NCBI GenBank assembly: GCA_964437115.1 | Contig: CAYTFE010000004.1 | Span: 1,942 to 65,941, forward strand | From: an uncultured Fibrobacteraceae bacterium | GTDB lineage: Bacteria; Krumholzibacteriota; Krumholzibacteriia; LZORAL124-64-63 | DNA: 64,000 nucleotides | Reading direction: 5' to 3' | Shown: positions 47,773 to 57,669 of the stretch, one piece after another | How positions within the stretch are numbered: the stretch's first letter is position 1 | Layout of the letters: every line of letters starts with the position of its first letter | Position numbers and translations under genes: made by a program | Notes under the pieces: model-generated | Seen by the model: only the letters and a program-made list of their open reading frames with translations | Databases searched by the model: none | What the model was told of the DNA's origin: nothing

Positions 47773-50424
47773 ATGGCAATCGCAAAACGCGAGTTAATGT
47801 ATAACACAACAGTTGCAGTTCTTGAAAATGGCTTACGAGTTCTAATCCGACCTGACCATCGATCACCGGTTGCAGTCTGTAACGCCTGGGTGAAGGTTGG
47901 CTCCAATCTGGAATACGGCACAACTCGGGGTTGGGCTCACGGTACAGAACATATGATGTTCAAAGGAACCGAAAAACGCGGAGAAGGCGACTTTGCTCTG
48001 GAAGTTGCAGACATCGGTGGGTCTACAAATGCCGGCACCGGATATGAAACTACCAACTATCACATCACTTCTCCTGCTGAACATCTGTCAAATTCAATTG
48101 ATATCCTGCACGACGCATTGTTCAACTCAACTTTTGAGTCTGAATCCCTTGATGCCGAACGTAAAGTTCTGGTCCATGAAAACCACATGTATGATGACCG
48201 TCCAGGTGGATTTGGTGTGACCTGGAAATGGGGCATGGAAATGCTCTTTGATAAAAGCCCTTACCGATTCCCTATCGGTGGTGAAGATAAAAATCTTATG
48301 GAAACACCCAGAGAGGACATCGTCAAATTCTGGCGCACATTTTACCAACCGGGGAATATGACTCTGGTTATTGTTGGCGATGTAGATCTGGAAGAGACTC
48401 TACAACTTGTTGACAACAAGTTTGGATCTGTTACTCCACCTGAACTTAGAATTCCAGAACCACCAGAGATAGAACCACTGCATAACGGTATGCGCAGCAG
48501 AATTGAACGTGGAGATTTACAGCTCTCATATGGAAAAATGATTTTCCCTGGCCTTGCTGACAATGATCCTGACCGAGCAGCGCTTTCAGTTGTTCAACAA
48601 ATTCTCACCGATGGTAGAAGCAGCAGGCTTTATAGAGAAATACAGGAAGAACGAGAACTTGTCAGCGGCATCTCCATGCTCAGCGAAACTGGCCCGCGTG
48701 AAGGAATATTGTTAGTCGATTTTGAGACAGATACTACACGAATGACTCGCGCAATTGTTGCAATATGTGAACTTCTTGAAGATATGAAGACCACTCCGGT
48801 AAGTGAGTCAGAGCTTGAGCGAGCTAAAATCAGAACTGAACGAAGTCACTGGTTCGGTCTGGAAACTGTTCAGGGACAATCTTCCAATCTGGGTTGGAAT
48901 GATACGATGGATGACCTTGATGCAGCGTTTAATTTTTCATCACGCATTGAAGCAGTCACCGCTGAAGATATTGTCCGTCTGTGCAGACGCATATTCCGCA
49001 AAAGCAGTCTTGGCCTGATGCTTTATTTACCAAAAAATGATGACTTGCAGGTAGCTGGCCTTCCTGAATCAAACAGAGGGCTTGAAAGTCTTGTCACACC
49101 CTACCTGACAGACCTGGAACCTGAAAAAGCCGAGAAAAAAGGATCAATTACAGCAAAAGCCTACAAAGGCGCTAACACAATAAATGCAAATATCCCATTC
49201 AAGGAGCTGACCCTGGACAATGGAACCAGACTTTTTGTACGCGAAAACAGTGCCCTGCCAGTGATGACAATGGGCTGGCATGCTATTGGTGGCTCATGTC
49301 TGGAACCCCACGACAAAGCTGGTCTTACTTATATGACTCAGCGAGTGGCTATCAAAGGTTTTGGAGATTTACCTTCTTCAGAATTTCATGGCAAGATTGA
49401 AAGTCTTGGCGCATCGCTGACTCCTGCAGTTTCTCGAGAGTACAGCGGCTTTTATCTGACCGGTCTGACTCAGAACTTATCTGAAGTTATGAAAATGACC
49501 AACCAGCTTATCTGCAAACCCGATTTCAGACAAACAGAGCTCGATAAAGAACGTAAACTTGCTCTGGATGACTTGCGCTCAATTGATGATGACCCATTCC
49601 AGAGCGCCAGCCTGATTCTCAGGGAAATAATGTATGGTGAGCACCCTTATGGCCGACCAATAATCGGCATGAAAAACTCACTTCCTGAAATTGGATTAAC
49701 TCATCTTGAAGACCATTATCGACAGTCAATTACAGCAGACAATCTGTATATTGTTGCTGCTGGTGATATCAACGCAAATGAACTTGCCGATCAACTTTCA
49801 GCACAACTTGCAACTTTGCCAACTCGCAAACCACCAGTTATTGGTGATCTGACCAATATCAGGCAGCCAGCTGGGACGGTCAGAAGAGTTATCGAAAAAG
49901 ATATTCGTCAAAGTGTTGTGTTGATTGCATGGCCTGGTCAAGATTCACCAAATTCTGACAGAGCTCCACTGGCTGTGCTTCGCAGTTTGCTTAATGGTCA
50001 AAGTGGCCGGCTGTTCGAGGCTCTGCGTAACCGTCGATCTCTATGTTACAGTTCAGGGCTACAGTCAGTTGCTGGGTTTGGCCCAGGTATGATTGTTGGG
50101 TACATTCTAACTGACCCAACAACCACAGAAGAAGCTACATCAACCATGATTGATGAACTCAATAAAATTGCAACTACACCTGCTGACAACCACGAGTTCA
50201 ATCGCGCAGTCAATCAGATTATTGGCAACATGCTGATTTCACAGCAATCCAACAGTTCCAGAACAGGTCGATGCGCACTGGATGTACTATATGGCAGAGG
50301 TGTGGTTGAACTGGAAGATTATATTAATGAATTGAAGAGTGTGACACCGGAGCAGGTGCGCCGATGCGCAGAAAAATATATGACCGGTGATAACAGATAC
50401 GAAATTGTCCTCGGCCCTAAATAA
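47773..50424 (+). CDS. M16-family zinc metallopeptidase (pitrilysin-like, tandem M16 units)
   Basis: 883 aa; inverted zinc motif HGTEHMMFKGT...E; two M16/M16_C repeats. Confidence 0.85.
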   Translation: MAIAKRELMYNTTVAVLENGLRVLIRPDHRSPVAVCNAWVKVGSNLEYGTTRGWAHGTEHMMFKGTEKRGEGDFALEVADIGGSTNAGTGYETTNYHITSPAEHLSNSIDILHDALFNSTFESESLDAERKVLVHENHMYDDRPGGFGVTWKWGMEMLFDKSPYRFPIGGEDKNLMETPREDIVKFWRTFYQPGNMTLVIVGDVDLEETLQLVDNKFGSVTPPELRIPEPPEIEPLHNGMRSRIERGDLQLSYGKMIFPGLADNDPDRAALSVVQQILTDGRSSRLYREIQEERELVSGISMLSETGPREGILLVDFETDTTRMTRAIVAICELLEDMKTTPVSESELERAKIRTERSHWFGLETVQGQSSNLGWNDTMDDLDAAFNFSSRIEAVTAEDIVRLCRRIFRKSSLGLMLYLPKNDDLQVAGLPESNRGLESLVTPYLTDLEPEKAEKKGSITAKAYKGANTINANIPFKELTLDNGTRLFVRENSALPVMTMGWHAIGGSCLEPHDKAGLTYMTQRVAIKGFGDLPSSEFHGKIESLGASLTPAVSREYSGFYLTGLTQNLSEVMKMTNQLICKPDFRQTELDKERKLALDDLRSIDDDPFQSASLILREIMYGEHPYGRPIIGMKNSLPEIGLTHLEDHYRQSITADNLYIVAAGDINANELADQLSAQLATLPTRKPPVIGDLTNIRQPAGTVRRVIEKDIRQSVVLIAWPGQDSPNSDRAPLAVLRSLLNGQSGRLFEALRNRRSLCYSSGLQSVAGFGPGMIVGYILTDPTTTEEATSTMIDELNKIATTPADNHEFNRAVNQIIGNMLISQQSNSSRTGRCALDVLYGRGVVELEDYINELKSVTPEQVRRCAEKYMTGDNRYEIVLGPK

Positions 50425-50447
50425 AGAGCCAAGGACATAGTTGAATA

Positions 50448-50795
50448 TTAGTAACGATCCAGATTACTGGACATATCAATCACAAAAGAATCCCTGCTGA
50501 AAGATGTCCTGTGTTTCACGCCTGCAGGGATATAATATTTATCCCCGGCAGAATGAAGCTCTGTTCTGCCCTCGATTTCCAGCGTCATCTCACCTGTGAC
50601 CAGGTACCCGTATTGAGCACTGTGATTATGATCAGGAACAGTTGTGCCTTCCGGAAAATGGAAGAAGACAACTTGCTTCTCGCTGTTCTTTAGAATGTGG
50701 CCGGTTACACCGGAAATTGGAATTTCGACTTTGGGAAGATTGAGAATCTCTTCGGGCCAAACTGATAGTTTCACCCTGGAAGCGGTACTCACCAT
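50448..50795 (-). CDS. Cupin-domain protein
   Basis: Cupin_2 motifs (PDHNHSAQYGYLVTGE, YYIPAGVKH); start uncertain (50795 or 50831). Confidence 0.6.
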   Translation of the reverse strand: MVSTASRVKLSVWPEEILNLPKVEIPISGVTGHILKNSEKQVVFFHFPEGTTVPDHNHSAQYGYLVTGEMTLEIEGRTELHSAGDKYYIPAGVKHRTSFSRDSFVIDMSSNLDRY

Positions 50796-51080
50796 GCGTA
50801 ACCTCCTGTGTGCAAGAGTGATTGATGACATTAATTACAGAATACAGAATTTACCATTTTTTGCAATGGCTAAAAAGGGCTCCGCTCCGAATAACTTGAA
50901 ATACCAGAAAATAGTCATGGCCTCCGGCGGTAAAGCTACATCTAAACCTTGTTAAGCTGACAGGAGCGGGTATACAGGAACACTGCAAGAGATGCTCCAC
51001 GCCAATTTCATGGCATGTAACAACTCATGAGTTCCTATAGTTCCCTATGAGGCTTTTGGGGTATTGCAAAATGAGACGAA

Positions 51081-52496
51081 TCAGCTGTTTGGAATTGTCA
51101 AACTGAAAGTAGTTCCAACGCCAGGAGTACTTTCAACAGAAATTTCGCCACTCATCGATTCAATAAGTTTATGTGTAATAGCCAAACCAAGGCCAGAGCC
51201 ACCATGCTTGCGAGTTGTCTCAGCCGAAGCTTGGCAGAATGCATCAAAAATACGTGGCAATTGATCTTCTGGTATACCAAAACCTGAATCAGAAACTGTT
51301 ATTTCAAGTTGGTTATCTACAACGTAATCCACCTTTACTGTTACATTTCCTGACTGTGTAAATTTCATCGCATTGCCTACCAGGTTCATCATAATCTGCC
51401 TGGTTTTGGTAGGATCACCAGTTTGAATTTCTGGCACTTTGTCGCTGATGTCAAAAATCAGATCGAGCTTCTTCTCGCTTGCAGTCATGCTGAAAATTGA
51501 TTCAATTTCCGAAAGCAAATGACGTAAATCATAATCAATATGTTCAAGCACAATACGACCAGCTTCAATTTTGGAAAGATCCAGAACATTGTTGATCAGG
51601 CCCATCAGGATCTGACTACTATCTTTGATATTATGGGCAAATTCTGATGCCCTTTCTGAGTCAATCCCCGGCATTGACAACAAGTCAGCAAATCCTACTA
51701 CACATGTCAGTGGCGTTCTGATTTCATGACTCATTGCGGCTAAAAACATGCTTTTAGTTTTATTGGCAATATCTGCTTTTTCTAATGCTGCTTCAATTTC
51801 TTCTTTGGCTTGAGCAAGCTTGTTGGCATTAATTTCACTGATAAGCATGTTCTTTCGGTCTGTTTCAGCAGACTCGAGCAAAGATTGAGTATGACTTTTT
51901 TGCAGTGCAGCATAAACCCACCTGCTGTACTCTTCCGACGCGGCATTTCCAGCGCGTCCGGCAATCATATCAACCATATCCTGCAGCGGCTTAACCGGAG
52001 CAGCAAGTGCATGTCCAACCAACCAACCAATTGTCACCTGCTCTGAATCGTGGGATAATTTTATTGGAGAAATCCAGATTGGCAGTCCACAGCCAGTGCA
52101 AACTCCACCATGTGCATCTGAATCGGCATTTGTTGTTTCAAGTGCTCTGCTGGTTGCATTACAACAGGCTTCACCGTCAGTCAGTGAAGGCAACTGCATT
52201 TTGTTGTTCATAACTGGTCGTCGCTGATCGTTTTCTTCAACATAAAACAGAGTCTGCAGGCCGGTCGCTTCAGACAATGATTTGCGCCAGACTGTTAACT
52301 CTCTGATATCTAGAATTACTTCTGGTGGAACTTCATCAATAGGAATCAGTCGACCATCGCGCAACAAATTCGTATTTTGTTGGATGTCGTCAATATACCT
52401 GTCCAGCAAGGCTTTTTGCCCCTGGCTGATTTTACTGTCGGTTGTTACCGGTTTTTCGAGGTCAATTAGCCGCATAAACTCCACGCCTGTTGCCAA
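51081..52496 (-). CDS. Cytoplasmic sensor histidine kinase with N-terminal Cys-rich sensor domain
   Basis: HisKA (MSHEIRTPL) + HATPase_c (GSGLGLAI); no TM segments; N-terminal ~250 aa with CC-x17-C-x2-C cluster. Confidence 0.85.
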   Translation of the reverse strand: MATGVEFMRLIDLEKPVTTDSKISQGQKALLDRYIDDIQQNTNLLRDGRLIPIDEVPPEVILDIRELTVWRKSLSEATGLQTLFYVEENDQRRPVMNNKMQLPSLTDGEACCNATSRALETTNADSDAHGGVCTGCGLPIWISPIKLSHDSEQVTIGWLVGHALAAPVKPLQDMVDMIAGRAGNAASEEYSRWVYAALQKSHTQSLLESAETDRKNMLISEINANKLAQAKEEIEAALEKADIANKTKSMFLAAMSHEIRTPLTCVVGFADLLSMPGIDSERASEFAHNIKDSSQILMGLINNVLDLSKIEAGRIVLEHIDYDLRHLLSEIESIFSMTASEKKLDLIFDISDKVPEIQTGDPTKTRQIMMNLVGNAMKFTQSGNVTVKVDYVVDNQLEITVSDSGFGIPEDQLPRIFDAFCQASAETTRKHGGSGLGLAITHKLIESMSGEISVESTPGVGTTFSLTIPNS

Positions 52497-52546
52497 GTTA
52501 CAAAAAGGTGATGTCTTGTATGTTATCGACAGAAGAAGGAGTTACT

Positions 52547-53149
52547 TTAGAGTGTATCGTTATTAATATTGTTAAAAAGATCCAGTTGTGGAGTGTTTTC
52601 AGGCAATCCTGCATTACGCAAAACTACACGAATCCAGTTATTACGATCTGCAGCATCCAATTCTACTGTTTCCAGCTGGAAATCGGCAATCAGTTCATTA
52701 ATTACTTTATCAATTTCAAGCTGAAAATCGACAGACACATCACGAGTACCATCAAAAGCCGGTGGCGCAATAACAGGTACTTTAACAAGCATTGAGTAAG
52801 TTGACATCCAATGGCGAATCAGCTGTTCAAATTCCGGTTTTCGACCTGTTGCATGAACAAGATATGCATAGTTGTCGAGCACTGCCCTGTCACAGACAAT
52901 TGCCTCATAAGCTTGTGAGATTGCAATCTCCTGTGCAATCTGCGTGTGGAGAATCCATTGCTGAGCATCCAGGGTAGTATCGCGATTTATTGGCAGAGGA
53001 CAATGCCGGGCAACCTCTTTAACTACATCAACACTTACATCAAGCCTTTTCAGGCATGCTGCAAGCTCAAAGCAGAGTGTGGTCTTACCGACCCCGTGAG
53101 TTCCAATGAATGCGATTTTCATATCAGTGACGATAACTTGCTCAATCAC
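52547..53149 (-). CDS. P-loop NTPase, AAA_28/NadR-kinase-like ATPase domain protein
   Basis: 200 aa; Walker A GTHGVGKTT near the N-terminus. Confidence 0.6.
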   Translation of the reverse strand: MIEQVIVTDMKIAFIGTHGVGKTTLCFELAACLKRLDVSVDVVKEVARHCPLPINRDTTLDAQQWILHTQIAQEIAISQAYEAIVCDRAVLDNYAYLVHATGRKPEFEQLIRHWMSTYSMLVKVPVIAPPAFDGTRDVSVDFQLEIDKVINELIADFQLETVELDAADRNNWIRVVLRNAGLPENTPQLDLFNNINNDTL

Positions 53150-53223
53150 ACTTGTCCAGATTATAGGTTGGCATATTTATCAATACTGAATTATTATATG
53201 TCTCACTTAAACAAAGGAACTGC

Positions 53224-54082
53224 AATGCCGACTTTAATAGATGAACTTCTCCATGTATCAGTGCTAGTTTTGCTGGTAATGAGTCTTGTTGAGCTGGTTG
53301 AACTCCGCTGGAGCAAAATTGTTCAGACAAAAATTGTAAACAGCAAAGGCACACAAAAGCTGCTCGGTTCATTCCTGGGGGTTCTCCCCGGATGTGCTGG
53401 CACATTTGCGGCCGATGCAATGTACATGGCTGGCCTGCTGGGCTTTGGCGGGATTACTGCCACAATGCTCGCAACTGCCGGTGATGAAGCATTTGTAATC
53501 TGGACTGGCATTACAGGTGAGGGTCACCTCACCCCGATGGTTGCTGCTCTGCTGCTGGCATCTCAGTTTGTCATAGGAATCATTGGTGGATTTATTGCAA
53601 CATTTATTGCCCGCAAATTTAAAATGTCCTTTGCTGCAAAATGTGAAATAGAGCACCACGACCACGAACACAGCCACTGGCTGGGGTGGAAACATTTTCT
53701 AACCGACCATATGTGGAACCATATTTTACGAGGTCACTTCCCACGAATTATAGGTTGGCTGGCGTTCTCTCTGATAATAGTTGAACTGTTCAGCGGTCAG
53801 CTTGAACTTATCAATGCAGCCCCTGACAGCAAATGGATTGCTCTGGGAATGGCTGCAGCTGTTGGGCTCATTCCGATTTCAGGTCCACACCTGCTGTTTA
53901 TCACAATGTTTGCTGCTGGCCATGTTCCATTCTCTGTGATGCTGACAAGTTGCCTTGTTCAAAATGGTCATGGACTACTACCGCTTATCGGTTTTTCTCT
54001 TGATGACACATTAAAAATAAAGTCAATAAACCTGTTTGTAGGATTACTCGCAGGGCTGATTCTTATGGCGCTTGGATTTTAA
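53224..54082 (+). CDS. Predicted permease with internal two-fold repeat and His-rich loop (possibly COG0701/DUF318-like)
   Basis: Repeated GVLPGCAG / GLIPISGPH motifs, EIEHHDHEHSHW loop, about 8 TM; start chosen at ATG 53224 (AGGA SD). Confidence 0.45.
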
Positions 54083-54265
54083 TATTTACTTACTGATATA
54101 AGAACTCCTTTCAATAATCCTATCTGATTGTTCTACATCGCGTTACGGTGATTCATAGACCTTTAATTTCGTAGTTAATTATTTATCATATACCTTGAAT
54201 ACCGCCTACTTGGGTGTTAATTTATCAACAGACAACCCCAACTGATTCCACCTGGGAGGAACAGA

Positions 54266-54550
54266 ATGCTTCATGAACCTGCCGCACAAAGCGGTGAGGA
54301 CCACGCACAGGATTTCAAGTCCAAACTTGGTGTCCGAATGTTTATTATCTACGCATTGGTTTACGCAATTTTTGTAGCGATCAATGTTATCAGCCCACTC
54401 GCCATGGAAAGTATTGTTTTTCTGGGCCTTAACCTGGCTGTAGTATACGGCTTTGGCTTGATTATTTTTGCCTTGATAATGGCATTAATTTACAATCGTG
54501 TTTGCTCATTAAAAGAAAAAGAACTTAATGGTTCACAGGAGGTGAAATAA
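54266..54550 (+). CDS. DUF485-family small membrane protein (YjcH-like, ActP-associated)
   Basis: 94 aa; two TM; immediately precedes and is translationally coupled to the SSS transporter. Confidence 0.75.
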   Translation: MLHEPAAQSGEDHAQDFKSKLGVRMFIIYALVYAIFVAINVISPLAMESIVFLGLNLAVVYGFGLIIFALIMALIYNRVCSLKEKELNGSQEVK

Positions 54551-56403
54551 TGGCTATAGCTATTTTCCTCATCTTTGTTGCTGTAGTCCTGTTTCTCTCA
54601 TTCTACTTTGCAAACAAAACAAAATCTGCAAACGGGTACTTCGCTGCTGGTGGACAAATTCACTGGGGTGTAAATGGTATTGCATTTGCGGGTGACTATC
54701 TGTCGGCTGCATCGTTCCTGGGAATTTGTGGAATGATTGCAACTGTCGGTTACGACGGCTTCCTCTACTCCATCGGGTATCTTGCCGGTTGGATTGTTGC
54801 ACTGTTTGTTGTTGCTGAGCCGATGAAAAGACTTGGTAAATACACATTCACTGATGCTCTTGATGCCAAGTTCAACAGTCGTGGCATTAAACTAGCTGCT
54901 GCAATCAGTACTTTGATTGTATCTATCTTCTATCTGATTCCTCAGATGGTTGGTGCTGGCGTACTGGTTGAACCTCTACTTGGACTGCCTCACTATGTGG
55001 GCGTTATCATGGTTGGTATAATTGTTATAACAATTGTTGCAACTGCAGGTATGACATCGACTACTTATGTACAGTTCCTTAAAGGCGGGTTACTGATTGT
55101 TTTCTCGATTATTCTGGTAGCCGCAGTATTGATTAGAGGATTAAGCACAGAACCTGATCAGGGTGGTCGAACTGAATTCTACACTTATCAGGAAACAACT
55201 CTTTCAGCACTTCAATCTGAAGTCGTGGAAACACATGAAGTTGCAGATCACAAGTTTGTAAAATTGTCTGATGATTCATGGTGGATGGTTCTAGACGCGG
55301 ACGGCATTGTACTGAAAGAAATCCAATGGGAAGTTCGTTATGATGGTCAGCATCTTATCAATGGTAAACCTGCATCAGCTGACAACCAATTAAGGCTAGT
55401 TGGTAACCTGTCACAGATTGCTGGAAAAACTGGCCCTGAAGCAACACAGAAGAATCTTTCAATTTCAAAATTTCTTTCACTTCTAGGTGATAAAGAAACC
55501 AAAGTCCAGCGCTATAAGGCAGCCAAATTCAATGCTAAAGATGGTTCTGCAATCATTGCTCACTACCCTGTAATTACAGCTGGTAATGAGATTATGCGAC
55601 CAGGACTGAAGTTCAAGGTTATGGGCACATCTCTTCAGAAATTCGACTTTGTTTCTCTGATGTTAGCTCTGTTCTGTGGTACTGCAGCTCTGCCTCACAT
55701 CCTGATTCGTTACTACACTGTTCCAAATCCTGCAGCTGCTCGTAAGTCGACAATTGTTGCTATCTCAGCTATCGGGTTTTTCTATATTTTGACATTGTTC
55801 ATGGGACTTGGAGCGATGGTCAACGCTGTTGTCAATCCTGTGACCAACAACATGTCAGCTCCATTGCTGGCAAAGTCATTTGGGACATTCCTGTTTGCAA
55901 TCATTTCTGCTATCGCTTTTGCAACCGTACTTGGCACAGTTAGTGGTTTGATTATTGCAGCATCGGGTGCAGTTGCTCATGACTTGATGGATCGCTTTGC
56001 AGGCATGAAAATGACTGAAAAGAAAAAGGTTCTAGCAGGTAAAGTAGCCGCATTTGCTGTCGGTATTCTGGCAATTATCCTGGGAATTCTGTTCCGGGGC
56101 ATGAATGTATCATTCCTGGTTGGTTGGGCATTTGCTGTTGCAGCATCTGCAAACCTGCCAGCAATCGTCATGATGCTATTCTGGAAAAAGACTACTGCCA
56201 GAGGTATTACCGCATCTATAATTATCGGTATTATTTCTGCCCTTGGTCTGATTCTGGCATCACCAAGTATGTACACCAGATATGGGCTGGACCCAAGCAC
56301 TGCTCCTATTCCATTCAGCAACCCTGGATTGATTTCAATTCCATTGAGTTTCCTTACTCTGGTTGTTGTTTCATTGATGACGCAGAAGAAAAAAGCAGTA
56401 TAG
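54550..56403 (+). CDS. Solute:sodium symporter family transporter (cation/acetate symporter ActP-like) with large hydrophilic insertion
   Basis: 617 aa; SSF signature regions; ~170-aa non-hydrophobic insertion (EPDQGGRTEFY...KFKVMGTS) between TM blocks. Confidence 0.85.
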   Translation: MAIAIFLIFVAVVLFLSFYFANKTKSANGYFAAGGQIHWGVNGIAFAGDYLSAASFLGICGMIATVGYDGFLYSIGYLAGWIVALFVVAEPMKRLGKYTFTDALDAKFNSRGIKLAAAISTLIVSIFYLIPQMVGAGVLVEPLLGLPHYVGVIMVGIIVITIVATAGMTSTTYVQFLKGGLLIVFSIILVAAVLIRGLSTEPDQGGRTEFYTYQETTLSALQSEVVETHEVADHKFVKLSDDSWWMVLDADGIVLKEIQWEVRYDGQHLINGKPASADNQLRLVGNLSQIAGKTGPEATQKNLSISKFLSLLGDKETKVQRYKAAKFNAKDGSAIIAHYPVITAGNEIMRPGLKFKVMGTSLQKFDFVSLMLALFCGTAALPHILIRYYTVPNPAAARKSTIVAISAIGFFYILTLFMGLGAMVNAVVNPVTNNMSAPLLAKSFGTFLFAIISAIAFATVLGTVSGLIIAASGAVAHDLMDRFAGMKMTEKKKVLAGKVAAFAVGILAIILGILFRGMNVSFLVGWAFAVAASANLPAIVMMLFWKKTTARGITASIIIGIISALGLILASPSMYTRYGLDPSTAPIPFSNPGLISIPLSFLTLVVVSLMTQKKKAV

Positions 56404-56423
56404 TTTTCCAACTTACGGATAAT

Positions 56424-56460
56424 AAAAAGGGCGCATCAAATGATGCGCCCCCAGTTTTTT
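56424..56460. terminator. Bidirectional rho-independent terminator between convergent actP-like and porin genes
   Basis: aaaaa-GGGCGCATC-aaat-GATGCGCCC-ccagTTTTTT; U/A tracts on both sides. Confidence 0.7.
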
Positions 56461-56473
56461 ATCTGGTCAGAAT

Positions 56474-57541
56474 CTAGAAAATATACCACCAGGCAAAAGT
56501 CATTCTGGAACCATCGCGAACATCTTCATCTATAGCAATTGTCTCATAGTCATTGTACTCAATACCAAAACCAAACTGTTTGGTCATTTTGTATTTCAAG
56601 TTGGCATACATAACTGTATTTTTCAGATACGGTGCAGTTGAACCTTCAAGATCATCATCTTCAGGATCGTCCATGCCGATTCCAACATTGAAATCGAGCT
56701 TACAGTTTGCAGGCACTTTTAAGTTTATAAAACCACCGGTACAGGCCATTTCTGTGGCACCATCTGGATGAGTTGGATTGTAGTCCAAACCATAGCGGAC
56801 AAACTCACGCCCTACACCCTGGCCGCTGTAGACTTCACCATTGATCAATGTTTTGCCGATTGGAAGTTTGAATTCAGCAGCAATTACATGTGAGGAATAA
56901 TCGTTGCCAGCAAATATTACAGATCTCAAGCCGCCACCCAGTGCAACCATAGCTTTTGTGCCAAACAGATTTTTGGCAGCAATACGGCCCATAACCCATG
57001 GCATCTTTTCATCGATTTCCTGCTGGTTGCTATTTCTGTGTGTTGCCAAGCTTGCAAGAGTTTCAATGTTACCCCTGTTATATCTGGCTGTCACTTGAGG
57101 TACACGCCACCAGAGATTTCCACCCCAGGATAGAACACCAAAGTCTACAGTGCCCGGGAACTGCTGGGCAATTGGCAGCCAATCCTGACCAAACCGCATG
57201 CTCAGTCCGTTTGAGTGAGCAGCTTCAGCATAACCGAGACGAAGTCTTGGAATCAGATTATTACTGGCGTTTGTACCGTAGAAATCGACTTCAAAAACTG
57301 ACTTGAAATTCCAGGGGCCATCGGTTGAAACAGCTTTGAATCCAATTCTGGTATCACGAGGATTAAAATTCAGTTCCTGTTCATCCGCATCAGTGATATA
57401 AGAACTGAAATCCTGAGACTGCAATCCGTCATCATAGTGAATACAAAAAACAGTTCTGCCTGTTATATCAACATCCACATCCTGGGCGAAAACAGCCCCA
57501 CAAAGTAATAAAATCAATCCAATAACTTGTACGATCTTCAC
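56474..57541 (-). CDS. Outer-membrane porin-like beta-barrel protein
   Basis: 355 aa; signal peptide, C-terminal WWYIF, amphipathic strands. Confidence 0.5.
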   Translation of the reverse strand: MKIVQVIGLILLLCGAVFAQDVDVDITGRTVFCIHYDDGLQSQDFSSYITDADEQELNFNPRDTRIGFKAVSTDGPWNFKSVFEVDFYGTNASNNLIPRLRLGYAEAAHSNGLSMRFGQDWLPIAQQFPGTVDFGVLSWGGNLWWRVPQVTARYNRGNIETLASLATHRNSNQQEIDEKMPWVMGRIAAKNLFGTKAMVALGGGLRSVIFAGNDYSSHVIAAEFKLPIGKTLINGEVYSGQGVGREFVRYGLDYNPTHPDGATEMACTGGFINLKVPANCKLDFNVGIGMDDPEDDDLEGSTAPYLKNTVMYANLKYKMTKQFGFGIEYNDYETIAIDEDVRDGSRMTFAWWYIF

Positions 57542-57620
57542 ATCGAACCCTTTCTATTAAAGAAACAATAGCCTGTTAACTTCCTAACAAGTTACATCCC
57601 TAAATTAACAGTTTCAAGCA

Positions 57621-57652
57621 AAGAAAAAGCCCCCGACATATGTCAGGGGCTT
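57621..57652 (-). terminator. Rho-independent terminator after C25 peptidase gene
   Basis: Minus-strand RNA AAGCCCCUGACA-UAUG-UGUCGGGGGCUU followed by UUUCUUUGCUU. Confidence 0.6.
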
Positions 57653-57669
57653 CAGGGCGACAACGATGT

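Noticed and set aside
52946-53223. Extended N-terminus of the permease ORF from 52946
   Set aside because: It overlaps the divergent ATPase gene and its start. An internal ATG at 53224 has an SD and begins the first TM helix.
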